DNA of 62,362 nt, filler included, from an uncultured Myxococcia bacterium (lineage in GTDB: Bacteria > CAZTWC01), in NCBI GenBank assembly GCA_964617105.1. It is 7 parts of 7 records of this genome, joined end to end, with 100 filler letters (N's around TTAATTAATTAA, not from the genome) between each part and the next. Parts side by side here need not be neighbours in the genome. Positions count along the whole stretch, not along the records: positions 45,201 to 53,780 come from CAZTWC010000153.1; positions 53,881 to 62,362 come from CAZTWC010000154.1; 5 more parts are not named here. The stretch is one strand, 5' to 3'. Positions 49,490-60,530 of the stretch are shown here, piece after piece (the first letter of the stretch is position 1; each line of letters begins with the position of its first letter). Position numbers and translations under genes: made by a program. Below the pieces are notes generated by a model. The model did not search any database. It saw nothing but the letters and a program-made list of their open reading frames with translations, and had not been told where the DNA came from.

Positions 49490-50647
49490 ATGAAAAACAA
49501 GCATCTAAAAGTTTTTCTTACTGTTTTACTACTGCCCCTACTGGTGGTCTGCCTTATGGCCGGGGATACGCCGGCTCTGGCAAAGGCCAAAAAGAAGAAA
49601 AAGAACAGGGTAAAAACCAAGATCGCCGTGCTGGAGTTAAAAGCCACTGGCGTACCTACTACTTTGGGCGATCTGCTCACCGAGATCTTAACCGCAGAGG
49701 TAAGAAAGTTAAAAAAATATAATGTTATCGGTAAAAGCGATATCAAAGCTATGGTGGGCTTTGAACAAGAAAAGCAGATGTTGCAGTGCTCTGATGACAC
49801 CTCTTGCCTGGCCGAAATCGGCGGTGCTTTGGGAGTTGACAAAATAATAATCGGTAATATCGGCAAATTGGGCCGCACTTTTGTGGTAAATATCAAACTG
49901 ATCAATATTAAAAAAAGCCAGGTAGAAGGCCATGTTTATGAAACCATCAAGGGCGAAGAAGATCTACTGATCACCACGGTTAAAAACTCTGTTTACCATA
50001 TATTTGGCATAAAAGAGAAAAAAAAGAAGGTGGGCAAACTAAATCTCTCGGCAGTAAAAGAGATTTTTCATGGCGCTACGGTGATGCTGGATGGGAAAAA
50101 AGTGGGGATGTTGCCCCTGGAGATAAATGCAGTTCCAGTGGGAAAAAAATCGATTAAAATAACCAAAAAGGGTTATAAACCGTTTAAGACCTCAGTACAA
50201 GTTAACCTTGAACAAACTACTTCCATAGCTGTAAAACTGATATCTCTAAAGCCGGTGGCTAAGGCGCAAAAAAAATATAAATCCATACCTGGACCCTGGT
50301 ATTCAAATATCTATGCCTGGTCTCTATTAGGAGTTGGAATTGCCGCCGCTGGAACCGGAACCGTATTTGGTCTTCAGGCCCAAAAAGCCAACAACACCGC
50401 TATGGGTGACCATGGCGTTTATGACATCACCCAACCGGAACTGAAAGATGCTGAAAACAAGGCCAACCAGGCTAATTTCATGTTTATAGGAGCTGCAGCC
50501 GCCGGAGTTACCTCTGCCCTGCTATTTTACATGAATTGGGGCAATAACTCCAAAGTAGAATTAAAAGAGGAAAAAAAATCATCCCTGACTATTACTCCCT
50601 TTATTAGCGCTCAGGCTACCGGAGTAAGCGGTAAAATAAATTTTTAA
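49490..50647 (+). CDS. PEGA-domain exported protein with an N-terminal TolB_N/CsgG-like domain
   Basis: Signal peptide; IAVLEL...CSDDTSCLAEIGGALGVD; GATVMLDGKKVG.LPL...G...IKITKKGYKPF; hydrophobic C-terminal hairpin. Confidence 0.75.
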   Translation: MKNKHLKVFLTVLLLPLLVVCLMAGDTPALAKAKKKKKNRVKTKIAVLELKATGVPTTLGDLLTEILTAEVRKLKKYNVIGKSDIKAMVGFEQEKQMLQCSDDTSCLAEIGGALGVDKIIIGNIGKLGRTFVVNIKLINIKKSQVEGHVYETIKGEEDLLITTVKNSVYHIFGIKEKKKKVGKLNLSAVKEIFHGATVMLDGKKVGMLPLEINAVPVGKKSIKITKKGYKPFKTSVQVNLEQTTSIAVKLISLKPVAKAQKKYKSIPGPWYSNIYAWSLLGVGIAAAGTGTVFGLQAQKANNTAMGDHGVYDITQPELKDAENKANQANFMFIGAAAAGVTSALLFYMNWGNNSKVELKEEKKSSLTITPFISAQATGVSGKINF

Positions 50648-50671
50648 GAATCGGGAATTGGAGAAATATCA

Positions 50672-52201
50672 ATGAAGTCAAAGTTTTACCTTCTGTTTTT
50701 AGTCATTACTTTCATGTTACTATGTATCTCTGCCTGCAATGTTGACCTGAATGCAACCAGCCAGGACAGTAAATTTAAGTGCCAAAGTGACAATGACTGC
50801 CTGACAGATTTTCATTGCGCCACCTGGATAGATGAAAAATACTGCGCCCCGGGCACCCGTGAACAGAGTGAACAAAACCTGGTGAAAAAAACTGTGCCGG
50901 CCAACCAGGCTGAAGAGATACAAGATCATGGTAACACCATCACCATCAATATCCCAGCTGACAGTATAGACCAAGAAATTGAATTGACCATAGAAAAATT
51001 GGCCGACCAGCCCAAAGATGTACTGGGAGATGCCTTTAATTTGGGACCGGAAGACACTACCTTCAACAAGCCGGTGACCATATCGCTATCTTACCAGGAT
51101 ATTGACCTGGAAACTGAGCAACTCGCCCCTTCTAACCTGGCTCTATACACCTATGAACCTGGAAAAACCGACAACGAAAAGGGCAAATGGGTAAAATTGC
51201 CTGATAATTATGTGGATGAAACCGATGAGTTGATATGGGGCAGCACCACCCATTTCAGTATCTTTGCCATTAGAGAAGAGAAAGAAAAATCTTGCCACCT
51301 GTGTCCTGCAGTTGATACCAAGCGTTGCCACCCCGAAAATAACACAGTGGAGATCTGCAAAGAGAATGTTGATGACAAATGCCGGATATGGGAGACTGAC
51401 ACTCAGTGCACCCCAAATCAATCCTGCCAAAACGGTAAATGCAAAGAAAAGTGCAATCCCTGTGAAGAAGGTCAAAAATCCTGCAGCGGAACCGAGATAT
51501 CTTTAACCTGTGCTAAAAAAGATGAAACCTGCACCCATTGGGAAGAAAACTCCTGTGGTATAAACGAGATGTGCCAGAATGGAAAATGCTGCCCCGATGG
51601 CTGTACCACCCAAGATCAAAGCCGCTGCCTCCAAGATACGGTTCAAGTCTGTAAAATGGATACAGACAGCGACTGTTTAACCTGGACAGATCAGGATGAA
51701 TGCACTGGAGGAAGTAGATGTATAGATGGAAAATGTGAGTGCAACCACCACTGCGCCAAAGAGGGCGAGAAATATTGCAGTGGTGATTTCAACTCTGCAG
51801 TGTGCACCAAAGATAAGGACACCGGCTGTCTGGTACTCACCAAGAGCGACTGTGCTCAGGGAACCCTCTGTCTGGATGGTGAATGCAAAAGTTGCAACAG
51901 ATGCACCACTGAGGGGGAGGAAAAATGCGAGGGCAATGAACTGTTGATGGTCTGTGAATATTCAGAATATTACAGTAACGGCCATTGCCTCAATTGGTCT
52001 GAAAGCCAAATGTGCCAAGACGGATTTCACTGCTCTGAAAAAAGTTGCCAACAGTGCCCCTTTGAGTGCACGGTGGGAAAGAGCATTTGTCAGAGTGGAG
52101 AAATAGCTACCTGTTTTCGGGATGATAGCAATAACTGCTGGAAGTGGGTATCGGAAGAATGCACTGCTGGAGAATCATGCCAAGACGGTGTTTGCCAGTA
52201 A
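50672..52201 (+). CDS. Cys-rich repeat lipoprotein with a ZU5-like domain
   Basis: Lipobox ISAC; IPADS...GPEDTTFNKPVTISL...TTHFSIFA; about six ~50-aa repeats with 6 Cys, most ending C.(N/D)G.C. Confidence 0.72.
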   Translation: MKSKFYLLFLVITFMLLCISACNVDLNATSQDSKFKCQSDNDCLTDFHCATWIDEKYCAPGTREQSEQNLVKKTVPANQAEEIQDHGNTITINIPADSIDQEIELTIEKLADQPKDVLGDAFNLGPEDTTFNKPVTISLSYQDIDLETEQLAPSNLALYTYEPGKTDNEKGKWVKLPDNYVDETDELIWGSTTHFSIFAIREEKEKSCHLCPAVDTKRCHPENNTVEICKENVDDKCRIWETDTQCTPNQSCQNGKCKEKCNPCEEGQKSCSGTEISLTCAKKDETCTHWEENSCGINEMCQNGKCCPDGCTTQDQSRCLQDTVQVCKMDTDSDCLTWTDQDECTGGSRCIDGKCECNHHCAKEGEKYCSGDFNSAVCTKDKDTGCLVLTKSDCAQGTLCLDGECKSCNRCTTEGEEKCEGNELLMVCEYSEYYSNGHCLNWSESQMCQDGFHCSEKSCQQCPFECTVGKSICQSGEIATCFRDDSNNCWKWVSEECTAGESCQDGVCQ

Positions 52202-52252
52202 TTATTCTAATAATATGTAAGGATATAGCCAAATTCATAAAGGAGTACCATA

Positions 52253-53584
52253 ATGGACGTAACGGTGGAAGATATCAGCAATGTGGAAAAAAATATCCAA
52301 ATTCAATTTCCGGCTGACCTGATTCAAGACAAAATAGATAAAAAATTAAACGATTTAAAAGGCCAGGTGGTTATAAAAGGTTTCCGACCGGGAAAAGCAC
52401 CGGTGAAGATGTTGAAAAAACTCTTTGGAAAACAGGTGGAAGACGAGATAGTTGAGGATCTTATCAAAGAAGAATTACCCAAATTGCTGGAAGAGAAAGA
52501 TTTTCAACCAGTTAAAGTTCCGGAAATTACCGAACGAAAGTTTAACCAGGATCAGAGTTATTCCCTCCAGGTGGGAGTGGAGATCCAGCCGATATTTGAA
52601 CCCACCGATTATCTGGGAGTGGAAGTAACTGAAAAAACCGTGGAGATCGATGATGAGGCTGTGCAGAGTGAACTCAAAAAAATCCAAGAAGCCAATGCAG
52701 TGCTTAAACCGGTTGAAGATCGCGATGAACTACAAGATGGCGATACGGCTATTATTGATTTTGTAGCGGAAATAGAAGGCGAACCTATGCCTGGCGGAAA
52801 AAGTGAAAACTTCCAATTGGAGATTGGCTCCAAATCTTTTGTGGGTGGATTAGAAGAAAAGATCATTGGGATGAAAATTGAAGAAAACCGGGAAGTTGAA
52901 ATCTATTTTCAAAATGATCATCCCCACAAATTACTGGCCGGAAAAACCGCATTATTCAAGGTTGACCTCAAAGAGATCAAGTTAAAAGAGTTGCCGGAAT
53001 TAAACGATGAATTGGCCAAAACTGTTGGTGAATATGAAACCTTAGAACAGTTACGGGAAAAAATTACCGCTGGAATAACTGAAATGGAACAGGAAAAAAT
53101 TAAGGATGAACAGAAACAAGAAGTACTAAAGCAGATTCTTATTGCCAATGATATCGAACTGCCCCCTTCTATGGTAGAGAGATATAACAAGTTTTTAGAG
53201 TCACAACACCAACAACAGCAACAAATGCTCAAATCCATAGCAGCCGCCCAGGGTGAAAATTCTGCATCGCCAGCACCGGAAGTGGATGAGGAAACGCTAA
53301 AAGAAACATGGCAAAAAAAGGCCAAAGAACAGGTAAAGGAATTTATCCTGTTAGATAGAATCGCCAAGAAAGAGAACCTGTCGGTGAACGATGAGGAGGT
53401 TGATACCCATTTGAAAAAAATCGCCAAACAAACCGGCCAACCTATAGCCAGAGTAAAATCTAACTATGCAGAGCCGGAAAAAATCGAGCAATTACGGGAT
53501 ACCATTCTGCGTGAAAAAAATCTTGATTTTTTACTCGAGTCGGCTAAAATAATACCGGCAACAGCCCCTGCAGAGCAGGCATAG
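52253..53584 (+). CDS. tig: Trigger factor
   Basis: IKGFRPGKAP signature, FKBP domain, upstream of clpP. Confidence 0.96.
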   Translation: MDVTVEDISNVEKNIQIQFPADLIQDKIDKKLNDLKGQVVIKGFRPGKAPVKMLKKLFGKQVEDEIVEDLIKEELPKLLEEKDFQPVKVPEITERKFNQDQSYSLQVGVEIQPIFEPTDYLGVEVTEKTVEIDDEAVQSELKKIQEANAVLKPVEDRDELQDGDTAIIDFVAEIEGEPMPGGKSENFQLEIGSKSFVGGLEEKIIGMKIEENREVEIYFQNDHPHKLLAGKTALFKVDLKEIKLKELPELNDELAKTVGEYETLEQLREKITAGITEMEQEKIKDEQKQEVLKQILIANDIELPPSMVERYNKFLESQHQQQQQMLKSIAAAQGENSASPAPEVDEETLKETWQKKAKEQVKEFILLDRIAKKENLSVNDEEVDTHLKKIAKQTGQPIARVKSNYAEPEKIEQLRDTILREKNLDFLLESAKIIPATAPAEQA

Positions 53585-53640
53585 CAGTAAGCAACCGGTT
53601 ATTATTTTAGGTTGCACTGCACTTTACGAAAGGAAATACC

Positions 53641-53780
53641 ATGGCTCTAGTCCCAATAGTAGTTGAACAAACTCACCGCGGTGAACGCGCTTTTGATATC
53701 TATTCCAGGCTGTTGAAAGACAGAATAATATTCATCGGCTCAGCCATTGACGATGAATTTGCTAACCTGGTGATTGCTCA
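53641..53780 (+). CDS. clpP: ClpP protease, N-terminal fragment
   Basis: [31 protein letters not shown]. Confidence 0.95.
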
Positions 53781-53880
53781 NNNNNNNNNNNNNNNNNNNN
53801 NNNNNNNNNNNNNNNNNNNNNNNNTTAATTAATTAANNNNNNNNNNNNNNNNNNNNNNNNNNNNNNNNNNNNNNNNNNNN
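53781..53880. other. Artificial contig linker
   Basis: N44-TTAATTAATTAA-N44. Confidence 0.99.
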
Positions 53881-53881
53881 G

Positions 53882-54370
53882 ACAGATTTTAAAGGTGGTG
53901 GATATGGTAAAAAATTGTCAGAACTTTTGGGTCAAAAGGAGCGAGCCTTTACTTTGAGTGTAGATCGAATTTCTGCAGCAGGCGGTAATCTTTTACCTGG
54001 TGATCATGTGGATATTATTGGCACCTTTATGCAGCCCGATGGCCGGCAGGAGTTTACCAAGACCATTATGGAGAATGTAGTGGTGTTGGCTACCGGCACT
54101 AATGTGGGAGGTGATATGGTCGCGCGCACTGGCCGCCGTAAAAATCGATCTTTCTCTACAGTTTCGCTAAAAGTTACTCCCAGAGAGGCTGAACTGCTGG
54201 CATTCTCGCAGAGGAAAGGGCGCCTGGTTTTGTCTCTGCGCCATCCGGACGACAACGCATCCCTGGAATATGTGGATATTCCAGTAGTTAATTTTTCCGA
54301 TATCATCAAGGCCCGACCCAAACCTCGTCCCCGGAGCAAAAAGATAAAACAGATAAGAGTAGATCAATAA
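53882..54370 (+). CDS. cpaB: Flp pilus assembly protein CpaB/RcpC, 5' truncated
   Basis: RAFTLSVD..S..GG.L.PGDHVDII, ENVVVLATG, VSLKVTPREA, G.L.LSLR. Confidence 0.9.
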   Translation, partial: TDFKGGGYGKKLSELLGQKERAFTLSVDRISAAGGNLLPGDHVDIIGTFMQPDGRQEFTKTIMENVVVLATGTNVGGDMVARTGRRKNRSFSTVSLKVTPREAELLAFSQRKGRLVLSLRHPDDNASLEYVDIPVVNFSDIIKARPKPRPRSKKIKQIRVDQ

Positions 54371-54459
54371 TTGGGAGCCAAGTAAATTGCTTCGCATTTA
54401 ACCACAAACACAAAGTAAATATTATCAGTTAGTTAAATTGATTTTGTTGGGAGATAGAA

Positions 54460-55693
54460 ATGAGTTTTACGAAAAGGCTACTGACAATTGTGTCCTTTAT
54501 TTTGGCATTTATTTGGGTTACACCTGGTTTTTGCCAGGAGCAACTTGAACTGGTGGTGGGACAGGAGAAAAGCATCTCTATTGTTGGATATTCGGCCAGA
54601 TACTCTATTGCTGATCAGATGGTGGTAAAGGCTAAAGACCCCCGCAATGGCAGAATCATAATTCTAACTGGTTATTCTCCCGGCACTACCACCTTAAAAT
54701 TAGTTTCAAAAAGGGGACGGGAAAAGAACTATATTATTAATGTATATGCAGTTGACCCCAAAAAAATAACCCGGGAAGTTAAGCAATTGTTGGCTGGTAT
54801 AAGCGGCATTGCGGTAAAAAAGATAGGGGTAAAGGTGGTTTTGGATGGATTTGTCAAGAGCAAGGCTGATCTGGCCAGGGTAAACAAGGTGGCTTCGCTA
54901 TTTGGCGGTCAATTNNNNNNNNNNNNNNNNNNNNNNNNNNNNNNNNNNNNNNACCCAAAAAACCATGGTGGAACTTATCTTGACCACTGTGGATATTCGC
55001 GACCAGGACAGCCATAATATGGGAATAAATTGGGGATCACCCTTGACAGCCAAGGGTTATGGAGCACTTGGAGGGACTATCTCCAATGATGACAAGAAAA
55101 AAAATTCCCCCAATTTATCATATTCTATTGTGTTTGAACTGATGCCTCAACTGAATATGTTGGTGATGCAGGGCAAGGCTACTGTCCACGACACCAATAC
55201 CCTGGTGGTGGAAAGCGGCAAAAAGGCCACTTATCAGGCCGGCGGTCAACTGAATATTCCAGTGGCCGGCACTGGTTCGGCCAGCGTTGAGACTTTTCCC
55301 TATGGCACTATTATGAATATAACCCCCAGAGTGGATGTTTATGGCAATGTCCACCTGGACCTCAATGCAGAGGTGAGTTCTTTGGACAATGCAATGATAG
55401 TACAATCTGTGCCCAGCCTAGTCAAAAACAGTGTGACAACTTCGGTAAACTTAAAGATTGGTGAATCCATCGCCCTGTGGGGCTTGTTAAAAAAAGTGGA
55501 TTCCGATTTTACCAAAGGATGGCCGGCTTTTCACCATATCCCTCTGTTAGGGTATTTTTTCAGTGCTGAAAACTCACAACACAACCAAGCCAGGGGATTG
55601 ATTTTTGTTACCCCCAGAGTAATTTCCGCTACCAGCAAAAATAATGTTTCCAAGATAAAAAAAATCTTAAGGGAGCAGCAAGGGGAAAAATGA
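54460..55693 (+). CDS. cpaC: Tad secretin CpaC/RcpA; one gene interrupted by the scaffold gap 54915-54952
   Basis: N-terminal pilus-formation domain (LVVGQEK...GTTTL) and a BON-like segment; secretin C-domain SGKKATYQAGG, AEVSSLD, IPLLGYFF, IFVTP. Confidence 0.82.
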
Positions 55694-57351
55694 CTGATCT
55701 TTTTCAGGTTGTTATAATTTCCGAAGAGAATCAACAGGTTGTTACACAAATAGTGAACAAACGTTCAATCACTATTGGCCGCCTTGATTCAAATGATATA
55801 GTGCTCCAGGGCAAAGGCGTTTCTCGCTTGCACGGTAAGGTACTTTTTCTTGATGAACAGACAATTTCCCTTCATGACCAAAGCAGTAACGGTATTTTTA
55901 TTGACCAAAAGAGGTTAACCAAAGACACCATGATTGCTCCTGGTCAGCAATTCAAGATAGACACCTTCCTTATTTGTTTTATGCCGGTGTCTGAAGATCA
56001 AAAAACCAATATTCCTAATCTGCATCAAACAGATATATGCTCATCGGAACCAGTTGAAACCAGATCAGTTGAGCCCGGAGAAGAAGTAGATCAATTGGTG
56101 GAATTAAAAAGAGTCCTCCACTCTACTCTGCTGGAATACCTTGATTTGCAAACACTGGATTTTCGCAAATTAAGCAATCCCGATTTTCGTCAGGAGATGG
56201 GGCTGAAACTAACTGAAATTATCCAACAAAAACAGCAAATTATCCCTCCGCATATTGACCAGGAAGAGTTACATAAAGAGATTTTGGACGAAGCCCTGGG
56301 GCTGGGTCCTTTAGAGGATCTTTTACATGATGACTCGGTGAGCGAAATAATGGTGGTTGATCACCATCATATCTATATTGAGCGTAAAGGGCGTATCGAA
56401 AAAGTGGCAAAAAAATTCACCTCTCCAGAGGCTGTTTTGGCGGTGATTGAGAGGATTGTTACCCCTCTCGGAAAAAGGATCGATGAGAGTTCTCCCCTGG
56501 TAGATGCTCGTTTAAAGGATGGCTCCCGAGTTAATGCAGTGATTCCGCCCCTGGTATTAAAAGGCCCCTGTATTACCATCAGAAAATTCTCATCCAAACC
56601 CTTGCAAATTAATGATTTGATCGATTTTGGTGCTCTCACCCCCAGGATGGCCAAATTTTTAGAAAGAGCGGTTAAAGCCAAAAAGAATATTCTTATTTCG
56701 GGCGGCACTGGGAGCGGCAAAACCACTCTGCTCAATGTTCTTTCATCCTTTATTCCTCAACAGGAGAGAATTGTTACTATTGAGGATTCCGCTGAATTGC
56801 AACTTCTGCAGGAGCATGTGGTTTGCATGGAAACCAAACCGCCAAACCTGGAAGGGCGAGCCGAGTTTACCATTAGAGATCTGGTAAAAAATGCTTTGCG
56901 CATGAGGCCCGATCGGATTGTAGTTGGTGAGTGTCGTGGTGGAGAGGCGTTTGATATGATTCAGGCTATGAATACTGGTCACGATGGTTCTTTGACAACT
57001 TTGCATGCCAATTCCCCTCTGGAGGCGATAAATCGACTTGAAACTATGGTGTTGATGAGCGGCATGGATATTCCGGTAAAAGCGATTCGGGAACAGATAG
57101 CCGCTTCTGTGCATATTATTGTTCAGCAAAATCGTTTTTCAGATGGCTCCCGCAAGATAACCAATATTAGCGAAGTGGTTGGGCTGGATGATTTTGGTGT
57201 TATAACCATGGAGGACATTTTTCTCTTCAAGAGGACAGGCACAAGCCCTGAAGGCAAGGTGATTGGTCAATTTATGACCACCGGCTATTTGCCCTCCTTT
57301 ATTAATGATTTTGTGGTAATGGGCCTGGTGAACCAGGGTGATTATTTGTGA
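55690..57351 (+). CDS. cpaF: FHA-CpaF/TadA ATPase fusion (KilF-like)
   Basis: FHA IGR...VSRLH...[56 protein letters not shown]. Confidence 0.92.
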   Translation: MTDLFQVVIISEENQQVVTQIVNKRSITIGRLDSNDIVLQGKGVSRLHGKVLFLDEQTISLHDQSSNGIFIDQKRLTKDTMIAPGQQFKIDTFLICFMPVSEDQKTNIPNLHQTDICSSEPVETRSVEPGEEVDQLVELKRVLHSTLLEYLDLQTLDFRKLSNPDFRQEMGLKLTEIIQQKQQIIPPHIDQEELHKEILDEALGLGPLEDLLHDDSVSEIMVVDHHHIYIERKGRIEKVAKKFTSPEAVLAVIERIVTPLGKRIDESSPLVDARLKDGSRVNAVIPPLVLKGPCITIRKFSSKPLQINDLIDFGALTPRMAKFLERAVKAKKNILISGGTGSGKTTLLNVLSSFIPQQERIVTIEDSAELQLLQEHVVCMETKPPNLEGRAEFTIRDLVKNALRMRPDRIVVGECRGGEAFDMIQAMNTGHDGSLTTLHANSPLEAINRLETMVLMSGMDIPVKAIREQIAASVHIIVQQNRFSDGSRKITNISEVVGLDDFGVITMEDIFLFKRTGTSPEGKVIGQFMTTGYLPSFINDFVVMGLVNQGDYL

Positions 57352-57364
57352 TGGGTAAAATATT

Positions 57365-58237
57365 ATGCCAATAAGTTTGTTTCTCTATCTGGGGATTGCC
57401 CTTATTTTTGTGGCTATATTATCCGTCTGTGTTGCGGTTAATGGACCGTTGAATAATTTGGTGAAAGATTATTCTCAACGATATTTAAACCAATACACCC
57501 CGCACTTAAAACTCCTTTTTTGGTCAATTCCAGCCTCAAAAATATTACTTGTCCACCTGTCAATAATTGTGGCGTTAATGTTTATTGGTTTTTTTCTGGG
57601 TAAAAATCTGGTGACCTCTATACCTCTGTCAATAATTTTTGCATTTTTCGGTTATCTGTCAATTCCTCTTTTTCTAAAAATACAACTTGAGAATCGGCGT
57701 AAATTATTCAATCAGCAACTGCAAGACTCTTTGGTAACTATGGCTAATACCTTAAAAGCCACGCCAACCTTAATAGAGGGTTTTAGAACCGTAGCAGAAA
57801 ATATGCCGCCACCTATCTCCCAGGAATTTTCTCTGCTGATTAAAGAGTATCATCTGGGCTACAACCTGGATCAATCCCTGTTGAAAATGGCAGAAAGAAT
57901 GAAGAGTCCGGACTTGAATCTAACCATAACCGCTTTGACCATTGGCCGCACCACCGGAGGTAATATTCCCACCATATTGGAGGAGATTGCCTATACTTTA
58001 AGGGAAATAAATCGCCTGGAGGGTTTGATAGAAAGTAAAACTGCGGAGGGAAAGATGCAGGGATGGGTAATGGGACTTTTGCCAATCGGCCTGGCCATAG
58101 CCCTATATTTTTTAGATGAAAACATGATAAAACCCCTTTTCACCACTAATTATGGTTATCTATTATTGGGTATCATTGTGGCTTTGGAAAGTGCTGGCAT
58201 CTTTTTAATAAGAAAGGTTTCTACCATTGATATTTGA
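57365..58237 (+). CDS. tadB: TadB-like inner-membrane platform protein (T2SSF domain)
   Basis: FNQQLQDSL, PPPISQEF, TGGNI..ILE, TAEGKMQGW. Confidence 0.85.
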   Translation: MPISLFLYLGIALIFVAILSVCVAVNGPLNNLVKDYSQRYLNQYTPHLKLLFWSIPASKILLVHLSIIVALMFIGFFLGKNLVTSIPLSIIFAFFGYLSIPLFLKIQLENRRKLFNQQLQDSLVTMANTLKATPTLIEGFRTVAENMPPPISQEFSLLIKEYHLGYNLDQSLLKMAERMKSPDLNLTITALTIGRTTGGNIPTILEEIAYTLREINRLEGLIESKTAEGKMQGWVMGLLPIGLAIALYFLDENMIKPLFTTNYGYLLLGIIVALESAGIFLIRKVSTIDI

Positions 58238-58312
58238 ATAAACGTTTTGAATTGTAAGCCCTACAACAGGTCAATCCTGCTTGTTGATTAGAATTTGTGG
58301 AGAAAAAACTAC

Positions 58313-59221
58313 ATGTCATTTGAGTTGCTTTTACCTATTGGATTGCTATTAATTTTTGTGGCAATAATCCTTTTTACCCTGGCTTTTGTGCCGGAGATCA
58401 GCATCAATCCAGAACATGGATATCTTTTTCATAAAAGAGAGAAGATACTGCAAAAAGAGGAGCTATCAAGAGTAGTTTTTTCGGTTGTTGCGACATTAGC
58501 CTATTATAATCAAAAGATTAAGTTGAAGAAGTATAAAAAATTCTTGCGGCTTACGTTGCAGCACGCTGGAAATCCCGGCGCCTTTAACCCTAATGAATTT
58601 ATAGGGCTCTGCCAGATAATCGCTATTGCCGTGGCTTTAATTGGTTTCTATTTTACTATAACTATAAAAGGCCAGGTAATGGTTAGTTCTCTAATAGTCT
58701 GTTTTTTTATTGGCCTGTTTTTACCCAATATGTGGCTGGTGGAAACTGTTAATGAGAGAGTAAAAAAGATTAACAAATATTTACCCTATGCTATGAATTT
58801 AATAGTTCTGTGCATGGAGGCAGGGTTAGACTTTCTTTCATCCATCTCCAAGTATGTGGAAAAGTCGGAAACCTCTGGAGATCCGCTGAGAGAGGAATTG
58901 GCCCTGGTTTTACACGAAGTACAGTTGGGAAAAACCCGGAAAGAGGCTCTGGAAAATATGGCTGGTCGGATTCCCAGCAACAATATTAAATTGTTGGTGG
59001 GAGCAATTATCCAGGCGGAAAAACTAGGCAATCCCATTGCGCCGGTAATCAAAATTCAGGCAGAAGCCATTCAGTTAAAAAGGATGCAGTCCGCGGAAAA
59101 GAAAGCAGGTCAGGCATCAGTAATCATTTTAGGGCCTTTGATGTTTATTTTTGGGGCGCTTTTTTTGGTTTTGTTCAATTCAATGATTATCAAGTCTTGT
59201 TCTACTGGCAGTTTATTTTAG
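58313..59221 (+). CDS. tadC: TadC-like inner-membrane platform protein
   Basis: LQHAG, LPYAMNLIVLCMEAGLDF, LGKTRKEAL, IQAEKLG, AEKKAGQAS. Confidence 0.87.
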   Translation: MSFELLLPIGLLLIFVAIILFTLAFVPEISINPEHGYLFHKREKILQKEELSRVVFSVVATLAYYNQKIKLKKYKKFLRLTLQHAGNPGAFNPNEFIGLCQIIAIAVALIGFYFTITIKGQVMVSSLIVCFFIGLFLPNMWLVETVNERVKKINKYLPYAMNLIVLCMEAGLDFLSSISKYVEKSETSGDPLREELALVLHEVQLGKTRKEALENMAGRIPSNNIKLLVGAIIQAEKLGNPIAPVIKIQAEAIQLKRMQSAEKKAGQASVIILGPLMFIFGALFLVLFNSMIIKSCSTGSLF

Positions 59222-59269
59222 GGGTAAACACAAGAAAGTCACCAAAAATCAACCAAGAATAGTTTAAAT

Positions 59270-60517
59270 ATGTTTGAAATAATAGTTCAATATCCATCCG
59301 AAGAAAAAAAATATCTGTTTGAGGATAATATTGTCAAAGCCGGGCGTGATACAACGGCAGATCTGGTAATTGATGACCCAACTATTTCACGGCATCAATT
59401 TACTATTCAATTTGAACGTGAACAGTATTTGCTAATACCAAATCCCCATAGTACCAATCCGATAATTCTTAACGGGCACAAACTGGAAAAGCCAAATCTT
59501 CTAACCAATCAGGATAAGATAAGAATTGGTCCCATAACTTTGGTTTTTTTGAGCGGTAATGATGATAATGCTGAATCTACCCATATCTATAGGCAGAGTT
59601 CTGGATCAGAGTCTGATAGTTCCGTTAGCCCAAGTGCAGGCCTGGAGCCCGGTAGTTCCGTTGAACAGAGCCCTGATACCCAGGATAGATCAAAACCAAC
59701 CAAGACCAGACGAATAAATCCAATCTTGTTGACCGTAATCATAATTATTTTGGTGGTGGCGGGGTTAAAATTGGCTATTTATATTAAAAAAGGGGGGCGT
59801 TCAAAAAGTGATATTGCGGTATCAACTGTTCAAAGAGTGATAAACAAGAAAGTTGTTGTATCTGCACCAGAAATCAAGGTTGAATGCTCTTTAAGCAAAG
59901 ATTGCCTTAAAAAGGCGCTAAAAAACTATAACCAGGGGAAAAGTAAATTTGAAAATAGAGATTTGGCTCCAGACAATCTTTATAAATCTATAAAACACCT
60001 AAAGCGAGCCAGGGCCTACTTGACCGAGTCGCTCAAACTGCAAAAAGTTAAGCCGCCCAAAGATACTCCAAGTCCGCCAATATCAGATATAAACAGCGTC
60101 TATCTGTTAAGATATGCTGGTAAAAACTCTTTGGATAGTTTGAAATCGTTGTTGGATATCAAAGCATATAACCAGATTGACCAAATCAAAAGCAAATTAT
60201 TTTTCAACCCTGAAGAACTTACCCAGATTTTGCGGCTAAATTTTAAGGCAAGTCTTTTAACGCGAGTGGAAAAAATAGTTTTGCAGGATCTCGATAGAGT
60301 CCCTTTTATCGATTTGATCAATAAGTTGCAGCAAACTGCTGCCAATGAGTTAGAGATTTTGACCAGGCGTTACAAGTTGGGATTTTATCAGGCTAAAAAA
60401 CTGAAAGATATCAGTTTTGCTAAAAAACAATTGAAATTTATAATGAAGATGTACCCGGATAAACAGCATAAATGGTATCGATTTGCCAACCAAAAATTGA
60501 ACCAATTATTAAAGTGA
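59270..60517 (+). CDS. Bitopic protein: cytoplasmic FHA, Ser/Thr-rich linker, TM, periplasmic helical/TPR-like domain
   Basis: AGR...ISRHQ...STNP..LNG; SSGSESDSSVSPS linker; one TM. Confidence 0.8.
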   Translation: MFEIIVQYPSEEKKYLFEDNIVKAGRDTTADLVIDDPTISRHQFTIQFEREQYLLIPNPHSTNPIILNGHKLEKPNLLTNQDKIRIGPITLVFLSGNDDNAESTHIYRQSSGSESDSSVSPSAGLEPGSSVEQSPDTQDRSKPTKTRRINPILLTVIIIILVVAGLKLAIYIKKGGRSKSDIAVSTVQRVINKKVVVSAPEIKVECSLSKDCLKKALKNYNQGKSKFENRDLAPDNLYKSIKHLKRARAYLTESLKLQKVKPPKDTPSPPISDINSVYLLRYAGKNSLDSLKSLLDIKAYNQIDQIKSKLFFNPEELTQILRLNFKASLLTRVEKIVLQDLDRVPFIDLINKLQQTAANELEILTRRYKLGFYQAKKLKDISFAKKQLKFIMKMYPDKQHKWYRFANQKLNQLLK

Positions 60518-60530
60518 AAAGGATTTAACC

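Noticed and set aside
9175-53880. Six regularly spaced TTAATTAATTAA motifs flanked by Ns
   Set aside because: Artificial linkers. Internal contig lengths fall monotonically (8945, 8921, 8919, 8741, 8580), so cross-linker synteny and ORFs ending in X...LIN are artefacts.
54915-54952. Secretin split into two ORFs (pseudogene)
   Set aside because: The break coincides with an N gap of estimated length, and the two halves are complementary parts of one CpaC.
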